From a virus (taxonomy: Duplodnaviria; Caudoviricetes): 59,339 nucleotides of DNA. This document shows positions 47,144 through 56,581 of the stretch, piece after piece (within the stretch, counting starts at the first letter, position 1; each line of letters starts with the position of its first letter). Location of the stretch: the IMG/VR virus record IMGVR_UViG_3300028883_000010, positions 1 through 59,339 of that record; one strand, 5' to 3'. The notes under the pieces were generated by a model. That model had not been told where the DNA came from. It searched no databases and saw only the letters and a list, made by a program, of their open reading frames with translations. The position numbers and the translations under genes were made by a program.

Positions 47144-47197
47144 ATTTTATACGTCATTGACGTATGTTGTCAAGTGTTAAATACGCCTATGGCGTAT
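47144..47197 (-). promoter_or_regulatory. Strong leftward promoter with twin palindromic operators
   Basis: Minus strand TTGACA-18-TAAAAT; ATACGTCATTGACGTAT (47149-47165) and ATACGCCTATGGCGTAT (47181-47197). Confidence 0.8.
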
Positions 47198-47215
47198 TTT
47201 TTTACATAACGGAAT

Positions 47216-47285
47216 ATGACCCGGTTTGACACGACATGACCCGATTTGACACGGCATGACCCGATTTGGCACGGCATGACCCGGA
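47216..47285 (+). repeat. 3.5 x 20-bp tandem repeat (7 x 10-bp phased wTGAC[C/A]CG)
   Basis: ATGACCCGGT TTGACACGAC ATGACCCGAT TTGACACGGC ATGACCCGAT TTGGCACGGC ATGACCCGGA. Confidence 0.9.
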
Positions 47286-47333
47286 GGGGTGGGGTTGAAG
47301 GGTTTCAGCACTTTGTTTTATTCTGGCCGCACT

Positions 47334-47918
47334 ATGGCAAAGCGGAAATTTATAGATTGGGACAGCATTAAGCCCTTGTGGTGTTCGGGCATGTCAAACT
47401 GTGAGATCAGCCGGCAGTATGCTGCGGATCATGTTCATAGCCAGACCTACCGACAGACAGTCACAGAGGCCGCCATCCGAAAACAAGCCAAGGCCAAAAA
47501 GTGGCAGCGGAACATTGCCAATAAGGTCAAAGATCGGGTTCGAGAAAAGTTAGTTCGAAGCGAAGTTCGAACCTCGAACAAAAAGGGGATGTCCGAGGAT
47601 GAGCTCATAGAGGCAGCAGCTGAAAAGCCGGTTGCGGTCCGTATGCTGCAGCGGGGCCGGGCTCAGGAACTGGCACAGACTGGGGATGACCTCCAGCAGG
47701 GGATTAATTATCAGCTCGACAAGTGGCGCGACGAAAAGACCGGCAAAGTCATTCTCCCGTTTATTCAGATGTACGAAGTGGTCAAGACCTATGCCAAGCT
47801 GGTGGCCGCCCGGAAGAACCTCCAGGAAATGGAGTCCGACGCCTTCGGGTTGAACGATAAGGATGACCAGGGGAAAAAGCGGATCCGGATCACCAGGTTC
47901 AAGGAGGATGCCGATTGA
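47334..47918 (+). CDS. terS: Terminase small subunit
   Basis: IDWDSIK...EISRQY...TEAAIRK.AK..KW.R N-terminal HTH; directly upstream of terL. Confidence 0.75.
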   Translation: MAKRKFIDWDSIKPLWCSGMSNCEISRQYAADHVHSQTYRQTVTEAAIRKQAKAKKWQRNIANKVKDRVREKLVRSEVRTSNKKGMSEDELIEAAAEKPVAVRMLQRGRAQELAQTGDDLQQGINYQLDKWRDEKTGKVILPFIQMYEVVKTYAKLVAARKNLQEMESDAFGLNDKDDQGKKRIRITRFKEDAD

Positions 47919-49192
47919 CAGTAGCGACGGCCCAACCATACGACGTTGAGATTGAAATCTCTGAGGGGATTTACAACTCCGTCTATATTCCGTACCTGGA
48001 GCTCACCAGGCCAACGGAAATCTTTTATGGTGGGTCATCCTCTGGCAAATCCTATTTCCTGGCGCAGCGGGCCATTGAGGACCTGCTCGCCGGCGGTCAC
48101 AACTATCTGTGCTGCCGGAAACGCGGGAACAGCCTGGGCAAATCGGTTTTCAATGAATTGGTCAAGGCCATCACCCGCCTGAAAGCTACACATCTGTTTA
48201 ATATCGTCCCGTCCCAGGGGCATATTACCTGCGTCAACGGGTACCAGATCCTTTTCAGTGGTCTGGATGACGTTGAAAAGATCAAGTCCATCACGCCAAA
48301 GCTCGGGGTCATCACCGACATATGGCTTGAGGAGGCCACAGAGGCCGCCCTGTCCGACGTCAAGCAGCTGCGAAAAAGGTTGAGGGGGAAGGCCACCTAT
48401 GATGGCCGGCGCATCAGGAAACGCATCATATTAAGTTTCAACCCCATTTACCGAACGCACTGGATTGTCAAAGAGTTTTTCGACCCGATCGATTGGAAGG
48501 ACAATCAAAAGCATTACCTGGACGATTCCATTTCCATTTTAAAGACCACGCACCTGGACAACGAGTATCTTGATGAGGACGATCACAATGAGCTTGAAAA
48601 CGAGACGGATAAATATTGGTACCAGGTCTACACTCTTGGAAATTGGGGTATCCTTGGCGACGCAATTCTCACAAACTGGCGAACCGCTGATTTGTCCGGA
48701 CTCGCCCATACATTTGACCATATCCGGAACGGCCTTGACTTCGGATACTCCGCCGACCCGAACGCCTTCGTCAGACTCCATTATGACCGTCGGCATAAAA
48801 AAATCTGGATCTTTAACGGGTGGCACGAGCGGGGCCTTACGAATCCGCAAATAGCCAAACGGCTGAAACCGATCATCGGGCATGAATGCATCTTCTGTGA
48901 CAGCGCAGAGCCCAAATCCATTCAGGAATTGAAAGACGAAGGCATAGACGCCCGTCCGGTAAAAAAGGGGCCGGATTCACTCCTATACAGCATCAAATGG
49001 TTACAGAAACACGAAATCATCGTTGACGAGAGCCTTCAGGGTGTCGTCAACGAGCTGAACACCTGGCAATGGAAAAAGGATAAGGACGGCAACAGCCTTC
49101 CGATTCCGGTTGATGCCGACAACCATTACATCGACGCCACCAGGTACGGCTGCGAGATCGAATATCTCGGCTTTTTCGGGGATGTCCTATGA
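47915..49192 (+). CDS. terL: Terminase large subunit (PBSX family)
   Basis: YGGSSSGKS, WLEEATE, SFNP, GLDFGY, CDSAEP, NHYIDATRY. Confidence 0.95.
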   Translation: MTVATAQPYDVEIEISEGIYNSVYIPYLELTRPTEIFYGGSSSGKSYFLAQRAIEDLLAGGHNYLCCRKRGNSLGKSVFNELVKAITRLKATHLFNIVPSQGHITCVNGYQILFSGLDDVEKIKSITPKLGVITDIWLEEATEAALSDVKQLRKRLRGKATYDGRRIRKRIILSFNPIYRTHWIVKEFFDPIDWKDNQKHYLDDSISILKTTHLDNEYLDEDDHNELENETDKYWYQVYTLGNWGILGDAILTNWRTADLSGLAHTFDHIRNGLDFGYSADPNAFVRLHYDRRHKKIWIFNGWHERGLTNPQIAKRLKPIIGHECIFCDSAEPKSIQELKDEGIDARPVKKGPDSLLYSIKWLQKHEIIVDESLQGVVNELNTWQWKKDKDGNSLPIPVDADNHYIDATRYGCEIEYLGFFGDVL

Positions 49193-49890
49193 CGGAGATC
49201 ACGACATACATTGAAATTGACAAAAGCGCTTTCGAGGCCGGCACCCGGCAGGCTCGTTATGACTGGGCAACGGTCACCGGGCAGCCGGCACGATTGCGCC
49301 CGCCAATTTACCGGGACACCCGGGATGGCCAGGGCTATTGCAACATTCTCGGCGCCTTGGCCTATCCGGCCATGGAGCCCGGGTGTATGATCATCCTTGG
49401 CATTACCACCGACAAAAATTTTAGAATCCTGGAGTTCCGGGAGCACCGAACAGTGGCCCGGCTGCTGGAGGATGCCGTTTTGACCCGGCGCCTGTACGGG
49501 TGGGGCCTGGATAAGCATGTCCTGAGATCCTGGACCGGCGACGAGCTGAGGTATCAGACGATCGTGTCCAAGATCAGCCAGGAGATTGAAAAGCAGATGG
49601 GCCAGGATACCGGGCTTTACATCCGGGACCCGCTCGACTTCCGGGAACGGCATGCTTTCCCGCTCTACATGAATCAGATCCGGCAGACCCTGAAGGATGG
49701 GCGCCTGGATATTCCGCAGGTTGATTTGATTACCCGCCTGCAGGCCATGCAGCATGACGCCGCTGAAAAGGGCCGGATAGAGGATTACCCGGCCGCCGGC
49801 ATCCTGGGCGGGATAGTCAACAGCATCCTGACTGAAGAACCATGGTTTGAAACCGCCGAAGATGGCGACGCATACAATTATAACGATTGA
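49189..49890 (+). CDS. Hypothetical protein
   Basis: 233 aa, coupled to terL. Confidence 0.6.
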   Translation: MTEITTYIEIDKSAFEAGTRQARYDWATVTGQPARLRPPIYRDTRDGQGYCNILGALAYPAMEPGCMIILGITTDKNFRILEFREHRTVARLLEDAVLTRRLYGWGLDKHVLRSWTGDELRYQTIVSKISQEIEKQMGQDTGLYIRDPLDFRERHAFPLYMNQIRQTLKDGRLDIPQVDLITRLQAMQHDAAEKGRIEDYPAAGILGGIVNSILTEEPWFETAEDGDAYNYND

Positions 49891-49901
49891 GGAGGTTCCC
49901 A

Positions 49902-50675
49902 ATGAAATTGAGAAAGAGCTTTTTGTTTTTGTCCATTCTGTTCCTGGCCGTCGCTTGCATGTTCGGCGTCAGTATTGATGTTGCCTTTGCCGGAGACAAG
50001 GCGGTCACCGTCGGAGGGCGGGCAACCTATCCCATCCTGGATGAGGATGCCATGGGGTCCGATTCGGATAAAAGCCTGGCAACGCAGCAGAGCATTAAAG
50101 CCTATGTCGACACGCGAGACCAGGTGATGGCCGGCGGGGTGGCTGCCCCGGGAACGGTTGTCACCAGCGATTACCTGGCTGTATCTGAATACGGCGCCGG
50201 GTTGATTCACAAAACGGTTATCACGGCAGCGGCCCTACCCATGGCCTTGGCAGACGTCGCCGACACAGTGGCCTATGTTGGAACCAAACTTTATGATTTT
50301 CCGGCCGGCGCGATCATGATTGTGGGGGCCACGGCGGATCTGGAGCTTGCACTATCCAGCGCGGGGGTAAACGCCGACTGGGACGGGGATTTCGGTGTCG
50401 GGACGGTCACCGCCAGTAACAACGCCACGCTTGCCACGACCGAACAGAATATCATCCCGACCACGGCAACGCCCCAGGCATCCGAGAGTGAGACGACCGC
50501 AACTGGCCAGTCCACGGCAACCGAAAACGCTGTCGTTGATGGCACCACCACGGCCCTGGATATGTACCTGAATTTCCTTGTCGATGACGCGGATCAGGAT
50601 GTCACCACGACCGCCTGCAATCTTCTGGTTACCGGCACGATTACCGTTTATTGGATCAATCTCGGAGATTATTGA
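49902..50675 (+). CDS. Signal-peptide-bearing beta-rich protein
   Basis: GGAGG SD; MKLRKSFLFLSILFLAVAC...AFA; ILDEDAMGSDSDKSLATQQSIKAYVD motif. Confidence 0.65.
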   Translation: MKLRKSFLFLSILFLAVACMFGVSIDVAFAGDKAVTVGGRATYPILDEDAMGSDSDKSLATQQSIKAYVDTRDQVMAGGVAAPGTVVTSDYLAVSEYGAGLIHKTVITAAALPMALADVADTVAYVGTKLYDFPAGAIMIVGATADLELALSSAGVNADWDGDFGVGTVTASNNATLATTEQNIIPTTATPQASESETTATGQSTATENAVVDGTTTALDMYLNFLVDDADQDVTTTACNLLVTGTITVYWINLGDY

Positions 50676-50678
50676 TCA

Positions 50679-50843
50679 ATGAGTTTATCCAAACTCGAAC
50701 AGCTGCAGATGGTTGTGGCAAAGATGAGCCGGGAGCTGGCCAAGCTGGTTGAAGGCGACCAGACAAGCAAGGTCCGGTTTGAAGTCGACGTTTCACAGGG
50801 CAGGGTGAGAACCCCAGTTATGGAGACCCGAAAGGCCCTGTAA
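50679..50843 (+). CDS. Small protein (DUF2292-like; not in ORF track)
   Basis: GGAG SD; MSLSKLEQL...SKVRFEVDVSQGRV..., 54 aa. Confidence 0.5.
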   Translation: MSLSKLEQLQMVVAKMSRELAKLVEGDQTSKVRFEVDVSQGRVRTPVMETRKAL

Positions 50844-50863
50844 AGACATAGGTTCCCTGGCAG

Positions 50864-50963
50864 CCTCTTTCTAACGAAAGAGAACCTCGAAGGCCCGAAT
50901 TAATAGCACCTGGGGAGGTTTTTTATCCTTTTCCCTCCCCGCTATTGGTTCGGGCCTTTTTTT
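50864..50963 (+). terminator. Structured attenuator/terminator-like RNA
   Basis: CTCTTTC-TAAC-GAAAGAG hairpin, then long stem AAGGCCCGAA..TAATAGC..GGGGAGG / CCTCCCC GCTATTG..TTCGGGCCTT plus U-tract. Confidence 0.7.
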
Positions 50964-50976
50964 CTGGAGAAAGCGC

Positions 50977-51294
50977 ATGGATTCACATCTCACGTATCTG
51001 ATTTTTGGATGGCTCGCCACGTTGACCGGTACGCTTTTGGGCGGGCTCCTGGTTTTCAAAACCAAACGGGACCCCTCTGAGGCGTCTTTGTTTACACCAC
51101 CGCCCGATGGCGAGGCCTTCAACCTGACGGACGAATTTTCCGGCGGCATTGGTGGTGACGAAACTAGGGCCCGGGACCTTCCACAGCCAATCAAAGAGGC
51201 CAATGACCGGTTTGTCGACATATTCGCCGAGAACCTGGCCAAAGAGGCCGGCCGGCAGACATCTAAGCCGGTGCCTGAGAAGGAGGCCCCCTGA
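50977..51294 (+). CDS. Membrane-anchored hypothetical protein
   Basis: N-terminal TM helix; GGAG SD. Confidence 0.6.
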   Translation: MDSHLTYLIFGWLATLTGTLLGGLLVFKTKRDPSEASLFTPPPDGEAFNLTDEFSGGIGGDETRARDLPQPIKEANDRFVDIFAENLAKEAGRQTSKPVPEKEAP

Positions 51295-51584
51295 TGGCAG
51301 CCAAGAAAACGACCACGAAGCCCAAGACCACCCTGCATGTCAAGTGCCCGAACTGCGGCGGAATTTATCACCGCATCACCAAATCATATCGGGCCAGACG
51401 CTCGGCCAACCCCGGCATGCTGGAGCTGCTGCCGAAATATGCCGCCTATGGATGGACGCCGCCGCCGCCGGACCCGAGCGCGGGTTATGGCTGCTTGGAA
51501 TGCCCGAGCTGCGGGGCCGCCCTGGCGCCGTCCGGGAAGCTGAAAACCGTCCGGGTAAAGGTGGAGACCGATGAAAAAGTATAA
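51294..51584 (+). CDS. Zn-ribbon protein
   Basis: CPNC...CPSC. Confidence 0.6.
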   Translation: MAAKKTTTKPKTTLHVKCPNCGGIYHRITKSYRARRSANPGMLELLPKYAAYGWTPPPPDPSAGYGCLECPSCGAALAPSGKLKTVRVKVETDEKV

Positions 51585-53463
51585 GGACATCGCCGAATAC
51601 AGCCGCAATGAGCCGCCGCCCGAGAATCACCCTGATTTGGGAAAGTGGGTCTGGAATCTGTTTGAACAGGCCTATTCCGATAAGGAGCGACTCGGCATCC
51701 TGGACCGCTGGCGGGAAAATTATAAGCTGCTGCGCGGCAACCATTGGGGAGACCTGGCCCGGACCGATCGAAACAAGATCACCGTCAACCTGTTCTTTGC
51801 CAACGTACAGCGGACAGTCGCCAATGTTACCAGCAAAAACCCGGTTGTCGAAGTGGTCGACCTGGACGGGTACACGGATAAGGCCGATCAGGTCCTGACG
51901 ACCAAGATCCGGAAATGGTGGAGCGAAACAGAACAGCAATCCAGCCTATCCCGATCATGCCAGACGAACGAGGTTTTCGGCATCACCATTGAAAAGGCCT
52001 GTTGGGACCCGGAAGAACGGCAGCCGAACCCGGTTGTCATGGACCCCTACGCCTTTTTCCCGGAATCCGGATTGACCGGAGACCTGCAAAAGGCCGCCGT
52101 CTTGATCCATGCCTATGCAATGGACGTTTCCAGGGTAGAGGCGCAATTCGATGTTGAAGGCGTTGACGCCGAAGACGTCCGGCAAGTTCTCGGCCGTGAG
52201 GACCGCGAGAACGTCCGGCCGAATGAAACCATGCTCAATCGGACCACCGGTATTGTGCATGACCAGGTCAAAAACAATGTTTCCTTGGTGCCCGGCGCCG
52301 TTGATGAGGCTCTCGTCGTTGAACTCTGGACCCGGGATTACACCGAGGTCATGGTCGACACCGGTGAAGTTGATGAAGGCGGCAAGCCGATCAAAGTCAA
52401 GGCCTTGAAATACCCCGACGGCATCCGGGTCATTACCGTCTGCAACCGCGGCGAGCTGGTTCTCGCCGACATGGAAAACCCCAATATCAATTTTGAGCTG
52501 AATCTGGATCAGATCAGCCGAACATACGCATGGGGTCGGTATCCATTCTATTACGCCAATTCCTACGAAGATCCCTCATGTATCTGGGGATTCTCGGCCG
52601 CCGAACAAACCGGCGAACTCAATAAAAGGATCGATGAGATTGTTTCCCGCCTGGCGTCCTGGGCCAATCGGGCCATGTCACCGCCCCTGCGGGTGGATAA
52701 GGGCTGCGGCATCACCCGGAAAATGATCAACAACAAGCCCAACCTGATTCTCATGCCGACCAGGCCGAACGCCAGGATTGAGTTTATCCCGGTGCCGAAC
52801 CTGCCGTCTGGATTTTTCCAGGTGGTGGACATGCTGGTCAATTTCCATGACCGCATTTACCAGATCGAAGACGCCGACCGCGGGGTAGTGCCCCAGGGAG
52901 TGACGGCCGCATCGGCCATTGTGGCGCTGCAGGAACGTAACGCGGTCCTCATTCAGGCCAAAATCAGGGCCATCGAGCGCCTCACCCGCGAGCGCGGCAG
53001 GTGGGCCATTTCATTTCTGCAGAACTTTTCCGACCGGATCGAGACCATCGAGGCCTCCGGGGAGAAATACGAATTCCAGGGCATCGGTCTTGCCGGCCGG
53101 CATTTCAATTATGTTGTCGAATCCGGATCCACAGTGGCCAGGACCAACGTCCAGACCCAGGAACAGGCGATGACCCTATTCAAAATGAACGTCATCGACC
53201 GCCAGGCCCTACTCGAAACCCTGAATTTCCAAAATTACAAGGAAGTGCTCGAACGCATCGGAGAAAGCCAACTGGATATGTACATCCAGGGCCTGATTCA
53301 GGCCGGGCTTTCCCAGGAACAAGCCGCCCACCTGAAAAGCTACCTGATGGAAAAACAGGTCGGGCAGCCGGAGCCGGCAGCCGCCGGCGGCGGAGCACCG
53401 ACAACCGAAACGCCAGGACCGAAACCAGGCACCCCGCGCGCGCAGCAGGGGGCTACTGCATAA
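51571..53463 (+). CDS. Portal protein (P22-like)
   Basis: 630 aa; LRGNHW, DADRG..P.GVTAASAI.ALQE; position in the head cluster. Confidence 0.85.
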   Translation: MKKYKDIAEYSRNEPPPENHPDLGKWVWNLFEQAYSDKERLGILDRWRENYKLLRGNHWGDLARTDRNKITVNLFFANVQRTVANVTSKNPVVEVVDLDGYTDKADQVLTTKIRKWWSETEQQSSLSRSCQTNEVFGITIEKACWDPEERQPNPVVMDPYAFFPESGLTGDLQKAAVLIHAYAMDVSRVEAQFDVEGVDAEDVRQVLGREDRENVRPNETMLNRTTGIVHDQVKNNVSLVPGAVDEALVVELWTRDYTEVMVDTGEVDEGGKPIKVKALKYPDGIRVITVCNRGELVLADMENPNINFELNLDQISRTYAWGRYPFYYANSYEDPSCIWGFSAAEQTGELNKRIDEIVSRLASWANRAMSPPLRVDKGCGITRKMINNKPNLILMPTRPNARIEFIPVPNLPSGFFQVVDMLVNFHDRIYQIEDADRGVVPQGVTAASAIVALQERNAVLIQAKIRAIERLTRERGRWAISFLQNFSDRIETIEASGEKYEFQGIGLAGRHFNYVVESGSTVARTNVQTQEQAMTLFKMNVIDRQALLETLNFQNYKEVLERIGESQLDMYIQGLIQAGLSQEQAAHLKSYLMEKQVGQPEPAAAGGGAPTTETPGPKPGTPRAQQGATA

Positions 53464-53520
53464 GACAAACAGGAACGTTTTAAAAGTGAGGTTTTGTCTT
53501 AACGAAAGGAGAGCGCACCA

Positions 53521-53970
53521 TTGAAGATTTTTCTTGGAGGAACATGCAACGGGTCCAGATGGCGGGAGGCCGGATTCATTCCATACCTGGAACCCGGGAT
53601 AGAGGCCTTCAACCCGGTTGTTGACGACTGGAACGAGGAAGCCCAGGAGCGCGAGCGGCACGAACGGGAGCATTGTGACTTTTGCCTGTACGTCATCACT
53701 CCGCTGATGTCCGGGGTCTATTCGATCGCCGAGGCCATCGAGGATTCCAACAAGCGGCCGGGAAAGACCGTCTTTTGCCTGCACAACGCCGATTACGCCG
53801 GGTATCTGGACGCCTCAAAGCCCCCGCTGCCAGAAACAGAAATCAATTTTTCAGAATCTGAGCTCAAGAGCCTGGATCAGGTCGGCCGCATGGTTCGGCG
53901 CAATGGCGGCCGGTATTTCGACAGCATCAAGACCGCCGTCGATTTTTTCAATTCACAAATCGAGGAATAG
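53521..53970 (+). CDS. Nucleoside 2-deoxyribosyltransferase-like protein
   Basis: IFLGGTCNGSRWR...FNPVVDDW...E...CDFCLYVITP.M.GVYSIAE. Confidence 0.75.
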   Translation: MKIFLGGTCNGSRWREAGFIPYLEPGIEAFNPVVDDWNEEAQERERHEREHCDFCLYVITPLMSGVYSIAEAIEDSNKRPGKTVFCLHNADYAGYLDASKPPLPETEINFSESELKSLDQVGRMVRRNGGRYFDSIKTAVDFFNSQIEE

Positions 53971-53973
53971 CAA

Positions 53974-54258
53974 ATGCCGCTTTACACCTACGAATGCGAC
54001 GAATGCAAACACGAATTTGAGGAAGTAAGGCACCTGGCCGAATACGACGTTCACCCGCTTTGCCCGCATTGTCAATCCGGGCACGGCCGGCACGTCATCG
54101 TTCAGGGCCATGGCGGGAGTCATGGGGATGAACCTGTTTGGCTGGATGACAGCGTCCGCGGAGCACTCCAGGACCTGGAAGACCCAACAGAGCGCCCCAT
54201 TGAAAACCGCACCCAATACAAGCGCCACCTCAAGGATAACGGCATCGTAGAGCGATAG
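53974..54258 (+). CDS. FmdB-family zinc ribbon protein
   Basis: MPLYTYECDECKHEFE...CPHCQS. Confidence 0.85.
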   Translation: MPLYTYECDECKHEFEEVRHLAEYDVHPLCPHCQSGHGRHVIVQGHGGSHGDEPVWLDDSVRGALQDLEDPTERPIENRTQYKRHLKDNGIVER

Positions 54259-54336
54259 CCGCCCGACCGGTGAACGCAACCCAAAAACCGGGATAACTGC
54301 CCACGCGGCAGCCCCATCAGGAAAGGAGAGTACGTC

Positions 54337-55125
54337 ATGTCAGGAATTATGCCAGCAGGAAGCCAGCCCCCAAAAGCCGACACCCCCGCACCCGGGGATA
54401 ATGCCGACGGAAAAGCCGCAGCCGACAACGGCGGGCAGGGACAGAGTGAGCCGATTCTCGGGAAGTTCAAATCTCAAGACGATCTGATCAAAAGTTATCA
54501 GGAGCTTGAAAACAAGCTGTCCGAGACAGGCGCTCAGAACAAACAATTGACAGAGTTGTTGCTCAACAAAAATGCGGCGCCCACGGAGCCTGCCAAACCG
54601 GCAGAACCCGAAGGCCCGTCATATGACGAGCAACTTGCCGCCATTCAGCAGGATGTTGAAGACGGCAAACTGACAGTCGCCGAGGGCATCGTCAAGTCGT
54701 CAAACCTGGCCGCAGAGCACGCCACGCAGCAGGCGCTGACCCGGTCCGAAAAGATGCAGCAGGAAAAGGCCATCAAGAGCGAACAGGCCGCATTCCTTGA
54801 ACAGCATCCGGATTTCGAGGAGCTCAAGCGAACAGGCGTTTTGGACAAGGTCAAAAAGAACATGCCGCACCTGCATGATGATTTTTCGGCCTATTTCCAG
54901 CACAAGGCCACGGTTGCCATGACAGAGGCCGATGAGGCCAGACGGCAGGGCGAAGAAAAGGGCAAACAGGAGGCGGCCCGCATCGCCGATGGTGACAGAC
55001 GTACGAAAAAGGTTCTCCAGCAACCCGGAAAGAGTGCCGCGGAGGTCGGGCGAACCACAACCCGTAAATCCGCGGCGGACATTAAAGCAAGCATGCTCGC
55101 GAGGCTCAACGCGCTTGACAGCTAA
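54337..55125 (+). CDS. Capsid scaffolding protein
   Basis: ILGKFKS.DDL.KSY.ELE.KL; helical; directly before the capsid gene. Confidence 0.75.
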   Translation: MSGIMPAGSQPPKADTPAPGDNADGKAAADNGGQGQSEPILGKFKSQDDLIKSYQELENKLSETGAQNKQLTELLLNKNAAPTEPAKPAEPEGPSYDEQLAAIQQDVEDGKLTVAEGIVKSSNLAAEHATQQALTRSEKMQQEKAIKSEQAAFLEQHPDFEELKRTGVLDKVKKNMPHLHDDFSAYFQHKATVAMTEADEARRQGEEKGKQEAARIADGDRRTKKVLQQPGKSAAEVGRTTTRKSAADIKASMLARLNALDS

Positions 55126-55171
55126 GTAGCACCCGGGCGCCGGGGCCTTCGCAGAATATGGAGGTATAACC

Positions 55172-56134
55172 ATGGATTTAACCCAACTGCAGGCAATCAC
55201 CGAGGATTTTGTAATTAACAATCCCGTCGATATTTATTTCGACGACAATGTGCTCCTTTACATGCTGATGGCCGGGGGCAAGTTCAAAGACAACCTGGTT
55301 ACGCCGGGTGAGCTGGTCGACGGCGGCACGATGATTCGAGCATTCCTCGAGTACGGAAAGTCGCACGGCGGCTCTTACGGCAACACCACCAAAATTCCGC
55401 AGTCCAAAAAGGACATTCTGAATGCGGCCCGTTTCCGATGGGCTGGCTACTATGCCTCGAACACCATCGATCTGGACGATCAGGTCCAGAACTCCGGGAA
55501 ACAGGCCATGGTCAACCTGGCATACGCCAAGTTGCAGAACATTCAGAAAACCATCCGGGACAGCATGGGCACGGATATTTATGCGTCCGCGGCAGATGCC
55601 AAGTGTTTTCTGGGTCTCGGCAACCTGTTCGACACCACCACGGACACCGCATACGGCAGCATCGCTGAGGACGATATGGCCAACTGGAAAGCCAACGCTA
55701 CCGGCGCCATCGGTACCATTTCCTTTAAGGTCATGCAGGCCCTGCGCCGGGGCGCCAAGGTCGGCCAGAACAAGGACGCCAAACCCAACCTGTATATCAC
55801 CACGGATGTCCTGAAAGACGGGTTTGAAAGAACCCTCCAGGTCCAGGCCCGGTATGCAGACGTTGACTTGGTCAACGCGGGTTTCGACAACGTTCTTTTC
55901 GGCGGGCAGCCGGTAGTTGCCGACGACAAACAGTCCAGCGGCTATATCGACGCCCTGAACCTGAACTATTTGTCGGTCAAGACCCACAGCAAGTATCAGT
56001 TCACGCCGCCCAAATGGGAGTACAGCAAGGATCAGCCGGATACCCTGACGGCCAATACCCGTTGGATTGGCCAGCTGATTTGCACCAATCGTAAGGCCCA
56101 CAACCGGAACACCGGTGTCACTGAGCCTGAATAA
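55172..56134 (+). CDS. Major capsid protein
   Basis: 320 aa; GGAGG SD; GF.NV.F.G.PVV.D pattern; position. Confidence 0.85.
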   Translation: MDLTQLQAITEDFVINNPVDIYFDDNVLLYMLMAGGKFKDNLVTPGELVDGGTMIRAFLEYGKSHGGSYGNTTKIPQSKKDILNAARFRWAGYYASNTIDLDDQVQNSGKQAMVNLAYAKLQNIQKTIRDSMGTDIYASAADAKCFLGLGNLFDTTTDTAYGSIAEDDMANWKANATGAIGTISFKVMQALRRGAKVGQNKDAKPNLYITTDVLKDGFERTLQVQARYADVDLVNAGFDNVLFGGQPVVADDKQSSGYIDALNLNYLSVKTHSKYQFTPPKWEYSKDQPDTLTANTRWIGQLICTNRKAHNRNTGVTEPE

Positions 56135-56221
56135 AGCCTTGATGTAGGCAAGTAACGACGGCGGGGGCCTCTGAGCCCCTGCCGCTTCCCATCACCACTT
56201 TTTAAAACAAGGAGATCAACC

Positions 56222-56575
56222 ATGGATCAAGACATTCATTTTCAGCACAGCATGACCGGGTCCACCGGTGCGGCCGTGACCGAATATTTCCGCGTTCCCT
56301 ATCGGTGTACCCTCCGGGACGTCAAAGCCGTTGCCCAGGCCGATATTGGCGACAGTGAAACCCTTACCCTGACCGAGAAAGTCGCTGGTACCGCCCTGGG
56401 TGTCGCTGCCTTTGGCGATGACATTGCCGCGGGCGCCCTTGCAACCTGGACGGCCGATGCAGACAACGGCGACCACGTTCTCGAAAAAGGCGAATTCATC
56501 AAAATCGTTCTCACCCAGTGCACGGCAGCCGGCAAGGTGGACATTGACATCGAACTTGACCCCTACGCGAGGTAA
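56222..56575 (+). CDS. Putative capsid decoration/cement protein
   Basis: 117 aa, beta-rich, after the capsid gene. Confidence 0.5.
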   Translation: MDQDIHFQHSMTGSTGAAVTEYFRVPYRCTLRDVKAVAQADIGDSETLTLTEKVAGTALGVAAFGDDIAAGALATWTADADNGDHVLEKGEFIKIVLTQCTAAGKVDIDIELDPYAR

Positions 56576-56581
56576 TAGCCG

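Noticed and set aside
47216-47285. CRISPR array
   Set aside because: Contiguous repeats without unique spacers; no cas genes
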